From a virus, in IMG/VR virus record IMGVR_UViG_3300048925_000129: a stretch of DNA of 64,000 bases, one strand, 5' to 3'. The position numbers and the translations under genes are program-made. The notes beneath the pieces were generated by a model. The model was given only the letters and a program-made list of their open reading frames with translations, searched no databases and was not told the origin of the DNA. Positions within the stretch are counted from its first letter, which is position 1; each line of letters begins with the position of its first letter. Positions 47,618-57,015 of this stretch are shown one piece after another.

Positions 47618-48922
47618 TTATTCTCCATCAGAAACTCCTTGTTCAAGTTCTTTGGATTCCCCCTCAATAAACTTAGGAGATTTTAGTTTGAAGATCTCAT
47701 CTGTTTCAACTAATCTGATACAGATTCCCTCATCTACTTTACAGTCATCGTAGGACTTGTCTAAATATTTCTGTTTTAGGTAATCTAATAAATGGTCAGG
47801 GCTCGTTGATCCTAGGTCTTCAATGAATGGAGGTACTATCTCTCTGACCTTACCATTAAAGTACTCATCAACATATTTGATTCCATACTTATCACAGTAT
47901 CTCTTAACTGCCTCCCATGAGAACTCATAAACTACACCATCTGGATTGGTATAGGTAATCCTATACACAAAGATTTCGTAGTCAAATCCATAAGTAAAAT
48001 TATCTCCCTGAACACCTTTTCCTACAATCTCACCATAAATAGTGATCCCTTTTTCAAGATTTTGCCTGTGCATTTCCATTGCTCTCTTCCAAATGTTGTC
48101 AGAATAGAAACTTGGAGTGTGAGATTGCCAACCTATTTTCTCAGCTTCAACTCCTTTAGGGAGTCTTGATTTTGGTTTACCAGATGAGTGTATGTATCCC
48201 CATTGAGTTTTAGGTAGTGGAGTGATGTATTTGTCAATCAGTTTCTCAAACCAATTTAGCTCTTTTTTCACCAATACATGGCTCAGGATTAGTGAAGATC
48301 CATGATATTTTCTAGTAACAACAAATCTTGTATCACGGTCTTCAAACTTGTCTAGGTTTCTGGCAAAGTGTGCAGTATCAGAATGGAATCTGAATTGATT
48401 ATCCAGTAACAGGTCTTTCAATCTGTTTTCTTTAGGCTGCTTCTCACCTTTTGGTAATCCTGATTGCTTAACTGGTGGAACATACTTCTGACAAATTAAA
48501 AAGTCATCAAAGTGAGTAAAGACATCCCCTGTCTTTAAGAATCCAGCAGGATAAAGTCCTTCTTCATTTAGATAGTTTAAGGCAGTAAGTGGGAGTAGCA
48601 TACCATCAGAGATAGTATCTCTCAATTTAATAGCCTTAACCAACCTTCTTTTAGCAGAAATATAACCTCTTTGATCTGAATCTTTGTTAAGTTGACTCTC
48701 ATCATATAGGCTGTTATGATAGCAAAGTTCTTCTGCCAGTTGTGTACCTGCTACAAAGTAAAGCATTACATCTCCCTCTTTAACGTCTTTGGAGACAATG
48801 ACATTATTCCCAAATAACACTACTCTTTTGATGTTATCGGCATTTTTTATATCAAAAACTTGTCCAATTGTTACAACTGAACAAGGATAATTAAGTGAAT
48901 CTTCACTAACACTAAGTCTCAT
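47618..48922 (-). CDS. ATP-dependent RNA ligase (Rnl2/DRB0094-like, N-terminal OB fold)
   Basis: IKNADNI and IKLR...SDG OB motifs; motif I TRKYHGSS, YGEIVG, EGICIR, FKLKS. Confidence 0.88.
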   Translation of the reverse strand: MRLSVSEDSLNYPCSVVTIGQVFDIKNADNIKRVVLFGNNVIVSKDVKEGDVMLYFVAGTQLAEELCYHNSLYDESQLNKDSDQRGYISAKRRLVKAIKLRDTISDGMLLPLTALNYLNEEGLYPAGFLKTGDVFTHFDDFLICQKYVPPVKQSGLPKGEKQPKENRLKDLLLDNQFRFHSDTAHFARNLDKFEDRDTRFVVTRKYHGSSLILSHVLVKKELNWFEKLIDKYITPLPKTQWGYIHSSGKPKSRLPKGVEAEKIGWQSHTPSFYSDNIWKRAMEMHRQNLEKGITIYGEIVGKGVQGDNFTYGFDYEIFVYRITYTNPDGVVYEFSWEAVKRYCDKYGIKYVDEYFNGKVREIVPPFIEDLGSTSPDHLLDYLKQKYLDKSYDDCKVDEGICIRLVETDEIFKLKSPKFIEGESKELEQGVSDGE

Positions 48923-49481
48923 TAATATAGTTTTTATAAATTAATTTGATTAAATTTTTAAATTCATCTAAAGTCAAATCACTTTTAGCTCTGTTACAAT
49001 ACTTACAACATGGAGCAAGATTTCCTTTAGTGTAACCTTTTGATGGAACAATTCTATCTATACCATTCAAAAGTAAGCAGTCATTATCTACAATAGAGTC
49101 AGGTCTTTGATATCTACACCTTAATTCATATGGTTCTCTCTTACAGTATGTACAAGGTTGTACAGTAATTTCTTTGACATCTTCCAATGTTATATTAAAT
49201 GGAAGATTTCTTTTCTTACAATCACTCCTGATGTTTCTTAGAAGGATTCCAAAAACAGCATTCCCACTTCTTTTAGTAAACAGTACTTCATTCTTTAAAC
49301 ATCCACAAGACCTTGTCCCCTTTTCTTTTCTCAGATTAATTCCTGCTACTATGGATTCATTTCCACAGTCACATTTACACACCCACTTTCCAAATCCATT
49401 TTTGTCATTGTCAGCTCTTGATAGTACTGTTAGTTTACCATAAACCTTTCCAGTCTCATTTATTAGTTTTCTCTGCTTCAT
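48912..49481 (-). CDS. HNH homing endonuclease-like protein
   Basis: GKVYGKLTV, WVCKCDCGN, SCGC, CTYC, GIDRI...GY..GN..PCC..CN. Confidence 0.85.
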   Translation of the reverse strand: MKQRKLINETGKVYGKLTVLSRADNDKNGFGKWVCKCDCGNESIVAGINLRKEKGTRSCGCLKNEVLFTKRSGNAVFGILLRNIRSDCKKRNLPFNITLEDVKEITVQPCTYCKREPYELRCRYQRPDSIVDNDCLLLNGIDRIVPSKGYTKGNLAPCCKYCNRAKSDLTLDEFKNLIKLIYKNYINET

Positions 49482-49667
49482 CTTTTATTTTTTGAAGTAA
49501 AATCATTCTGATAAATGCACTAGTGGTTAACCCCAACTGTTTTGCCATAATTTGGAGAGTCTCCTTTGTTTCAATGGAAACCCTCACTTGTAAAAGTTCA
49601 TCTTTCATTATAAGTAATTTGTAATACAAAAATACTACATTTTACTTACAAATCCAAATAGATAAAA

Positions 49668-50111
49668 TTATTTCTTAACTAATAAATTGACAAAAGTTGT
49701 CAACTGCTCATCAGTTTGAATGTTGTTGAAAAAAATCATTCTTCCCTCTTCCTCAGTATCTGTGTTAAATATAAACAGTGATACAAGCTCTAGTTCCAAA
49801 TCTACTTCTAACATAGATTTCTCAGTTGTTAGTCCATTTTCTACATCAGATTGTTTTAAATCTAATCCAAAAACTGTGTCATCATCCTCTCTAGCATCAA
49901 ATCCTAATGCTAATAAATTTTCTTTTGTAATAGTCATAACTTTGTTTGGTTTAATTAAAAATTCTTTGAACTTTTTTATCTCATGCTGAGTAGCTATATT
50001 AGCTTCAATTTTAGAGAAAAACTCTTTTAGTTCTTTTCCTGTAGGGCTAGTAGTATCATCATATACAGTAGTCCCTATCCCTTTTGTGTAATCAAATGGT
50101 AAATCTGTCAC
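49668..50111 (-). CDS. Hypothetical protein
   Basis: 147 aa; possible internal start MTITKENLLALGF. Confidence 0.5.
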   Translation of the reverse strand: MTDLPFDYTKGIGTTVYDDTTSPTGKELKEFFSKIEANIATQHEIKKFKEFLIKPNKVMTITKENLLALGFDAREDDDTVFGLDLKQSDVENGLTTEKSMLEVDLELELVSLFIFNTDTEEEGRMIFFNNIQTDEQLTTFVNLLVKK

Positions 50112-50112
50112 T

Positions 50113-50622
50113 TTAATCTATGTCTAAACTGTAATACGGGTTGTTTGTTTCTGTTACTTTGATACCATTTCCTTTTCGGTAATCAATCTCTTTTTCTAAG
50201 TAAGCAGGGAAGTTTTCTTCTCCTAGTTCCTGTTTAAGTAGAAATAAATCTCTGTCTGAGATGCTTTTCAAAGGAATACCTCTTTCTTTAAGGTCTCCAT
50301 CTTTCTTGTTCCAGATTGTGGTAAGCCTTTCATCAGCAATACCATACTGTTTCATGAATTTCTCATCTTCGGTGTTAAACCACGAGCCAGAGAAATTAGG
50401 TAGAACCTTGGCAGCTATCAACACCTGACTCATTCTATAGTCTGGATTCTCCACCCATGCTTTTTCAACCTCTCCCTGGGACTCCTTTAGGTTCCATTTG
50501 GCTAGGAACTTGTTTACATCAGCTTTGGAAGCTATACCTACAACGTTTTTAAGATATGATTCTTTAACGGTGTCTCTTTGATAGATGTCAAGGAGTATTG
50601 GAATTCTGTTTGGATTTCTCAT
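50113..50622 (-). CDS. Hypothetical phage protein (MRxPxRI...W..NPDxR family)
   Basis: MRNPNRIP and WVENPDYRMSQVL motifs. Confidence 0.6.
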   Translation of the reverse strand: MRNPNRIPILLDIYQRDTVKESYLKNVVGIASKADVNKFLAKWNLKESQGEVEKAWVENPDYRMSQVLIAAKVLPNFSGSWFNTEDEKFMKQYGIADERLTTIWNKKDGDLKERGIPLKSISDRDLFLLKQELGEENFPAYLEKEIDYRKGNGIKVTETNNPYYSLDID

Positions 50623-50727
50623 TGTTTTTATTATGATTTTTAAATTCTTTCTTTTTGTATTCTACCTGATTTCCTATTGCAAGAGGAAGTATAACGAAGA
50701 CAAGGATAATTAAAAATAGTATCTTCA

Positions 50728-51527
50728 TTAATCTGTTATTTCTACATCGTCTGGGTTAATAATTTCTTCGTCTGAATCCTGAATTACTGGCATCTTTGAG
50801 AAGGTAGTATTAATTCTATCTACTCTGATACCTTGCTCATCATACACATCTAAGGTGATGGTGTTGGTACTGACTACAGCCTCCACTTCTAATCCATCGT
50901 TGATGAATGCTTTGGCTTTCTTTAAGACATCAGTTTGAATGTCTGTTGGTACTGATTGCTGCTGCACAATTGTGCTTATGTCTTTGTAGTTCATTAATCT
51001 CTTAATTTTAATGTTAAAGACTGAATTACTTGTTCATCCCAGTCAGTATCTTCCTGACCCCAACCTGTGTTGACATGATTTTCCTCAAATTCTAAAGCCC
51101 ACTTCCTAACAACTTCAAGCATGTAAATAGATCCTTGATTTGAAGCCCATCTGTCATACTCAGAAGAAGATGTTAGTTCTCTCATCATAATCCCATAAGT
51201 TTCCATATAAGATATGATACCATTTGGATAAGAAACTCCAAAGTAATCCTCTTTTGAGCCTCTATCTTCAATGACATTATAATCCTCACGACCCTCTAAC
51301 AATACAGCAGCATCTCCTTTTTGAAAGTAGTCCTCTACTGAGTTATCCTTTACTATTGAAAATTGAGGTCTAACTTCACTGAAATCGAATCGGGTGATAT
51401 AATTTCCTTGTTTGGTTCTTATTAAACCTGATTCTACTTTCTCTCCTTTAAGTTCTATAGTAAAAACTTCTCCTACTATATCTACTTTTAGAGTTTTGTT
51501 TACGTTATCTAAATATGCTTTTTTCAT
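50728..51527 (-). CDS. Two hypothetical genes (50728-50994, 50994-51527)
   Basis: Coupled ORFs. Confidence 0.55.
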
Positions 51528-52075
51528 TACAAGTCTGATTTTACTTTATCTTTGATGATTTTGATAGCTTTGTTCAGTGTTCGGGTATCATCCATAACCC
51601 CAAGAAAGTTGTCTTTAATGTACTTAGTCTTTACCAAGATAAAAGAGTTGGTTAAGAATCCTTCATCCAGAAACCTAGAGTTGTGAGGCATCAGAGTGTA
51701 TTCATCTTCTGTAGTGGTAAGACAAATACAATAGGCTAGATCTTTCACAATCTTAGCTACAACAATTGGTCTGGCTTTACCATTAACAGAGTATCCCATG
51801 AAAAGATCCCCTTTCTTTATTGTGCTAGGTTTGCACTTTCTGAACTTTGGAACATAAGCCTGAGGCTCATCAGGCTCCACTTTAACCTCAGCCTCAATTA
51901 TTACAGGTTTAGCCACTGGATTAACAGCTCCTATGCTATCAATTCCATATCCAGCCCTACGAAATAGTTGTTCTACATGGCTGGCTACCTCTTTTACCAC
52001 TTTTAATGAGTAAGCTGGTTTATCTCCCTCTCCGATCTTTTTCAGTATATTTTCTACGTTTACGTCTACTTTCAT
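51527..52075 (-). CDS. Protein with a C-terminal PemK/MazF-like domain
   Basis: KKGDLF......KARPIVV.......CICLTT matches the GD..K.RP.vv...p.T pattern of PemK/MazF. Confidence 0.55.
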   Translation of the reverse strand: MKVDVNVENILKKIGEGDKPAYSLKVVKEVASHVEQLFRRAGYGIDSIGAVNPVAKPVIIEAEVKVEPDEPQAYVPKFRKCKPSTIKKGDLFMGYSVNGKARPIVVAKIVKDLAYCICLTTTEDEYTLMPHNSRFLDEGFLTNSFILVKTKYIKDNFLGVMDDTRTLNKAIKIIKDKVKSDL

Positions 52076-52083
52076 TTCTTTTG

Positions 52084-52140
52084 CAAATATTGTAAAAATA
52101 ATTGAATTACACAACTATTTCTTTGTTAAACTTTTGTTAA
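52084..52140 (-). promoter_or_regulatory. Promoter with TTAACA box (degenerate -7, AATATTTG)
   Basis: TTG at 20 nt, TTAACA at 52124 and 52135. Confidence 0.7.
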
Positions 52141-52292
52141 TTATCTATTGAAGATATATTTTCCTATTTTGTGTCCTCCAAACATACACATGACAACTCC
52201 ACACCAATAAGATACTTCAAGCATGGTATCAGCTACCCAATAGCAGAAAAATAATCCTAATGATACACAAATTACTCCAAATATTAAATTAA

Positions 52293-52679
52293 TCATACTT
52301 TTGATTTTAAAATTTTATTAACTTCTTTAACTGCTTTATTCATTACTTTGTATCTAGCCTTTTTTCTTGCTTCAAGGCTCCTGAAAGAGGTAATGTAATC
52401 AATGTCTTTGTCAGTAAACTCTGGAAAGGCAAGAACTGTATCTGAATAACTCCAATATCTGTTACTTTCAGGAATATTGTCCAGATAACTATCTAAATTC
52501 CATAGTAAACATGGTAATAACATACAGACACCAAGCTCATCAACAATTTTATCTTTGTTATCATTGAATCTGCTACTTGGTTCTGCTTTTAAGTATTTCT
52601 TAGCCTCCTGATAAACTTTTAATCTTTCTTTTGGAGGCACAACTATGTTTAAACTTGGATGAATATATTTCTTAGCCAT
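52293..52679 (-). CDS. Hypothetical protein
   Basis: 128 aa, GxC and FPEF motifs. Confidence 0.6.
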   Translation of the reverse strand: MAKKYIHPSLNIVVPPKERLKVYQEAKKYLKAEPSSRFNDNKDKIVDELGVCMLLPCLLWNLDSYLDNIPESNRYWSYSDTVLAFPEFTDKDIDYITSFRSLEARKKARYKVMNKAVKEVNKILKSKV

Positions 52680-52995
52680 GGTTAATCATTTGAAATGTTA
52701 CTGTACTTTGTTGATGAAGGTAATTGCTTTGCTCCCATTTCATTGAATGGTAATTTCTCCCCTACTGTCTTACTTACTCCCTGAGGAATTAAGTCATTTG
52801 TAGTGTCCTGAACCTTTGCAGGTCTCTTTTTTATTTTAAGTAATCTGAATTTCATTTTGTTTTCTTTAAGCTACACATGAAAATACTACACACAATGAGA
52901 GAAGTGAGATCACCATGAGAAATACATGGTGAATCTCAAACTCTACGTCCTGTTCAAACTCATCAAACTTTTGTTTAATGGTTTGTTTTTTCTTT

Positions 52996-53322
52996 CTATT
53001 CAGCACCATGATTTTCAAAGGTTTTAATTTCTTCGACTGGCTGTCCTGAATTAGACATCATTTTGTCTGTCCATTTATGAATCCCTTCAATAAAAGGAAT
53101 TCCACCTGCTCCGTGAATCAAATATCCAATTAAATCGAATACTTGACCTCCGAAGTGTACTACCTCAGCTAGGTGAGCTACATTAACCCCTACTACCATT
53201 ACTCCTACCCCAACTACACACTTATAACCCGTTGAATGATTATTCCCGAATAATCCTTCTGATATAAAAGCCACTGGCTTTACAATCCCAACGATATAAA
53301 CTTTTTTGATTGAAATTTTCAT
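52996..53322 (-). CDS. Small Gly/His-rich membrane protein
   Basis: Hydrophobic VGVGVMVVGV and DLIGYLIHGAG segments. Confidence 0.6.
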   Translation of the reverse strand: MKISIKKVYIVGIVKPVAFISEGLFGNNHSTGYKCVVGVGVMVVGVNVAHLAEVVHFGGQVFDLIGYLIHGAGGIPFIEGIHKWTDKMMSNSGQPVEEIKTFENHGAE

Positions 53323-53354
53323 AATAGAAAAAATGTATTTAGTTTTTTGAATTA

Positions 53355-53747
53355 TTATTTGTTTTGATTATTGAACCATTTTACATACTCTGTAACTACA
53401 AAGAAGGTAGCTGATAATTTATCAGGAAAAAGAAGTTCTCTGTTGTCTCCTTTCATTATTTCTCCTATAAATACCGTACATCTAAAATGCCCTATTGAAC
53501 AGTAAATCCAATCAGAGTGTATTTTGATGTTGTCTCTAATGGTATTTTTATAAGACTCTTCAATCTTATCAACTACTTTCATTAAAGAGTCCCACGATTT
53601 ATCATAGTTAGGCTGTACCCACTCCTCAGCATAAACTGTGCCATCTTTATCCACAGTTGCATTAATTCCATAAGTTTTACCATAATCAAAAGGATTAGGT
53701 GTAAGACCCATGTATTCTGCTAGAATTTGGTTATCCGTTTTTTTCAT
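53355..53747 (-). CDS. Paralog family NxLIAxFMG...SWDWLM, copy 1
   Basis: NQILAEYMG...YDKSWDSLMKVVDKIE...VKWFN. Confidence 0.75.
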   Translation of the reverse strand: MKKTDNQILAEYMGLTPNPFDYGKTYGINATVDKDGTVYAEEWVQPNYDKSWDSLMKVVDKIEESYKNTIRDNIKIHSDWIYCSIGHFRCTVFIGEIMKGDNRELLFPDKLSATFFVVTEYVKWFNNQNK

Positions 53748-54057
53748 TGTACCACTTAATAAATTCTATAGTTGCATCTTGCACAGCAGTCATCTTATCA
53801 GCATCACTGAATGAGAAAATAACCTCAGCATCATCTGTTATTTTACAGAAGTGGGTCTTCTCAACTCTGGAATAAGTAATGTCTATATCATATCCCAGAT
53901 CTTCAATCTTAGAAACTACAGCCATAACCCAATCCCAAGATTCAGTATAAAAATCAGTAAGTGGACTACCTTCTACAGTAAAAAGTAAACCACAACCACA
54001 AGGGCATTCTTCAAATCCAAAGAAGTCCTGAATTAATTTCTCATTTTCTTTAATCAT
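53731..54057 (-). CDS. Paralog family NxLIAxFMG...SWDWLM, copy 2
   Basis: NEKLIQDFFG...SWDWVMAVVSKIE...FIKWYN; start MIKENEK. Confidence 0.75.
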   Translation of the reverse strand: MIKENEKLIQDFFGFEECPCGCGLLFTVEGSPLTDFYTESWDWVMAVVSKIEDLGYDIDITYSRVEKTHFCKITDDAEVIFSFSDADKMTAVQDATIEFIKWYNEKNG

Positions 54058-54067
54058 AATATGTTGT

Positions 54068-54487
54068 TTAATATAACCCTGTTTCCTGTTCAAATATACA
54101 CTCAGCAAGTATCCACTCCCATGAGTCTCCACACTGCTCTTTAAGGTCATTTAAGCTGCCATAGTATCCCTCAGCTACCTTTTCCCTTTCAGCCTCCGAA
54201 TAATCGTTTAAATCAACGTTATATTCAGTCCAATCGAATTCTCTGGTTAATGCTTCATCTAAAGTCATACCCTCAGTTATCATTCCTGAGAACTCTTTAA
54301 ATTCATATAACTTGTCTCCAATTTGTCTACCCAGTTGAAAGTTATCAGGATCAGTGAGTACCCATGCAATTCTTTCAGCATTAAGTTCTGAGGATGGTTC
54401 TAATGTGGTACTACCACACACTGTGCAAACTTCTTTGGAAGAGTGCCAAAAGGTTTTACAGTTGGCACATATTACTACTTTACTCAT
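54068..54487 (-). CDS. Acidic protein with N-terminal zinc ribbon
   Basis: CANC...CTVCGS; C-terminal ILAECIFE. Confidence 0.65.
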   Translation of the reverse strand: MSKVVICANCKTFWHSSKEVCTVCGSTTLEPSSELNAERIAWVLTDPDNFQLGRQIGDKLYEFKEFSGMITEGMTLDEALTREFDWTEYNVDLNDYSEAEREKVAEGYYGSLNDLKEQCGDSWEWILAECIFEQETGLY

Positions 54488-54831
54488 GACTCTATACCGT
54501 TGTTATATTTGTTATACCATGTTAAAAACTCTATCACTCTATTATATAGAGAGTCAATGTCTCCCCTCATAATATCACTGAATACATAGTCAGTGTCAAA
54601 AAATTCTTCAAATTTCTGACATTCGTGACTCTCAAAATCAAACCCACCTACCACAGTATTGATTTGATTTAATACAGGAATAAGAAGATCCCATGATTTA
54701 TGATAAGATAAATCTTTCTCATAGATACTCTTACCATTAATAGGATACCAAATGGGTTTCTGCATTCCAGAAATATCTGTTTTCTTAGCTCCCATAAATT
54801 GAGCTATTAAAGTATTATTAGTGTTGCTCAT
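54484..54831 (-). CDS. Paralog family NxLIAxFMG...SWDWLM, copy 3
   Basis: NTLIAQFMG...YHKSWDLLIPV...FLTWYN. Confidence 0.75.
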   Translation of the reverse strand: MSNTNNTLIAQFMGAKKTDISGMQKPIWYPINGKSIYEKDLSYHKSWDLLIPVLNQINTVVGGFDFESHECQKFEEFFDTDYVFSDIMRGDIDSLYNRVIEFLTWYNKYNNGIES

Positions 54832-55213
54832 AACCTCTGTTTTTGTGTTTAGGTTTTCTGTTGTATTGCTTTTTTGACTTTTGAACTCTAGGCATTGTGT
54901 GTTGCCAAATTTCCTGCATGGTGAATGTCACCTCTCTTAACTTATCTTTGTTTGTTTTTGACATAACCTTAGTATTTTACCATTACTACTACACAGTATG
55001 AACTACTCCCATTTGAAACGTTAGCCTGTACTTGATAGCCCTGATTAGCATACTTAATGATAGAATCTCCTATCTCTGTAGACATACCTCTAACAACTAC
55101 AGTGCTAACTGGTTTAGCTGGCTTTGTAGTCATGATTCCTGATTCTGTAAAGCTGAATGCAAATATTAAAATTGCAATTATTCCTAAGATTGATAATAAA
55201 TTCTTCATTTTAT

Positions 55214-55699
55214 TTAATTTGATTTAATTATTGCTAACCCAATTTCTTCTAAGCTCTTTCTATCTTTGAATTTACCATTCATTGTGTAAGCCCAGCAACT
55301 ACCAACATCATATCCCTTTGCTGATAATTCTTTATACCCATATGAACCAATTAGTCTGAACCAATTCCCTTTTAATCCGTCATTAGTATCAGCAACATAA
55401 GAAATCATGGCAGTTCCAAGATTAGCTTTATTTCTGGACTCACTACTCATTCTAAAATGTTTCATAGAAAAGTCTCTAAATAACTCTTGAAGAGCTTTAT
55501 TATACCTCATTTCTTCGGCTACTTCAAACATTTCCTCCTCACTCAGATCATAAACTGATTTAAGGCTTAATTTGTACCCATCATCTACAAGTCTTTCAAT
55601 ATTATCTATTGTCAGAGTTTCAATTCTGTTTTCACTTTCCTTAATACACTCTTGCCCTAAGTATTCGGCAAAGATCTTTATTTTGGTGTTTTTATCCAT
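55214..55699 (-). CDS. Hypothetical protein, related to 40537-41199
   Basis: KIFAEYLGQ, L.LK....LSEEE, GYD motifs. Confidence 0.65.
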   Translation of the reverse strand: MDKNTKIKIFAEYLGQECIKESENRIETLTIDNIERLVDDGYKLSLKSVYDLSEEEMFEVAEEMRYNKALQELFRDFSMKHFRMSSESRNKANLGTAMISYVADTNDGLKGNWFRLIGSYGYKELSAKGYDVGSCWAYTMNGKFKDRKSLEEIGLAIIKSN

Positions 55700-55713
55700 G
55701 TTAAATTATTTTT

Positions 55714-55779
55714 GCACCACTAGGGGGAAGTCGAACCCCCGTTCCTATTATTTCAGAACCCCAAACCTGAGAAGTGATG
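55714..55779 (-). ncRNA. Minimal tRNA-like element
   Basis: Acceptor-like stem CATCACT/AGTGGTG, T-arm GGGGG-TTCGACTT-CCCCC, two small internal hairpins. Confidence 0.6.
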
Positions 55780-55788
55780 TGTGAGGGG

Positions 55789-56247
55789 TTAATGCCCCTC
55801 TTCATTTGTTATAAATCGTGCTGTAATGTATCTAACCTCACCATGAGCTGAGTCAGATAATCCTTTCTCATCCCAGTTATAGGGTAAATCATGTAGTTGC
55901 TGTAATCTGTAAAAGAAATCAACATGTGTCTTAAAGAATTCAGGTATTCTTTTTTCTTTATCATCCCCTATAATCCCAGGAAGTGAACCACTTTCAAAGT
56001 TATCCAATTCTTTAGCCGAATCAGGTTCAAACAATCTTCCAATAGCACAGCCCTCAGTCTGTTCCATTGTTTTACCTACTGTTAAAGGAGAATAAACACA
56101 CTCTGATTTATCATCAGGTCTGGTACACCGATTATTACTATTGTAATGATTAATCATATCATTCAGAAAGAATGTCAGCTTTTCTTTGTCGGTTAGTGCT
56201 GGGTTATCAATAACTTCTGCAAACTGTGGTTTTAATTTTAGTTCCAT
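55789..56247 (-). CDS. Hypothetical phage protein (C.Y...CAIG...LQ.LHD family)
   Basis: Conserved-looking Cys/His motifs CVY, GCAIGRL, LQQLHD. Confidence 0.65.
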   Translation of the reverse strand: MELKLKPQFAEVIDNPALTDKEKLTFFLNDMINHYNSNNRCTRPDDKSECVYSPLTVGKTMEQTEGCAIGRLFEPDSAKELDNFESGSLPGIIGDDKEKRIPEFFKTHVDFFYRLQQLHDLPYNWDEKGLSDSAHGEVRYITARFITNEEGH

Positions 56248-56248
56248 G

Positions 56249-56992
56249 TTAAATGACGTTTAAGTTAATCTCTTTAGTCTCTCCCTTCAAATATTGAATA
56301 ATCTCTTTATGTGTTTCACTATTAACCATGAAAAGGTACTTTTCTAATGCAGTGAATTCTTTGCCCTTTTTAAAATCCTGCTGCTCAAATTTGTATCCTG
56401 AATGATCTCCAAAACCGTCAATTTCTTTAAAAGTTTTCTTCTTAATCTCTGTAGCTCTTACAGAGTCACAATCCCCAGTCATTTGACCGTAAATACAAGC
56501 TACCTGAGAGTCATATCTAAAACTATTAAAGTCTAGTTTATCTATCTCCTCTTTTGTTGCTCTCTTTTTAATCTTATCAAGTTCCTTTTGAACTTTTTTA
56601 ATGAATGTTTCTTTTTTCATGATGGTTTAATTTAGTGTTAATGTTTCTACATCACCTTTTATATAATCTAAGATGTGTAGTCTCTCTTCCTGAGTAATGA
56701 TGTACAGGTACTTTTCTAAAGCTGTGAACCAGCCTCCATGCTGAAAATCTAAGTCTTCAAAATCAGCATCAAACATTTTACCCTGTCGTGTGATATTCTC
56801 AAACGTTTTTGGAGTTAACTCTTTAGCTCTTCCAGAGAATGAGAACCCAGTAAGCTGACCATAAAGACACCCACCTCCTGAATAATGTATAAAAGTTTCT
56901 CTGTTTAACTTTTCTTTCTCTTCTGCTGTTGCATTAAGCTTAACATTTTCCACTTCTGCAACTACTAATTCAACAAATTCTGATCTGTTCAT
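56249..56992 (-). CDS. Tandem paralog pair (56249-56620, 56627-56992)
   Basis: Both contain AT.EE..KL, C(I/L)YGQ(M/L)TG, RA.E, FTALEKYL, Y(L/I)KG. Confidence 0.8.
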
Positions 56993-57015
56993 TTTGTTTA
57001 GTTTTAAAGTGAGGG

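Noticed and set aside
3204-52140. Repeated intergenic sequences as a CRISPR array or mobile-element ends
   Set aside because: Copies are dispersed kilobases apart with no repeat-spacer periodicity, no cas or transposase genes, and they fit promoter/terminator architecture.
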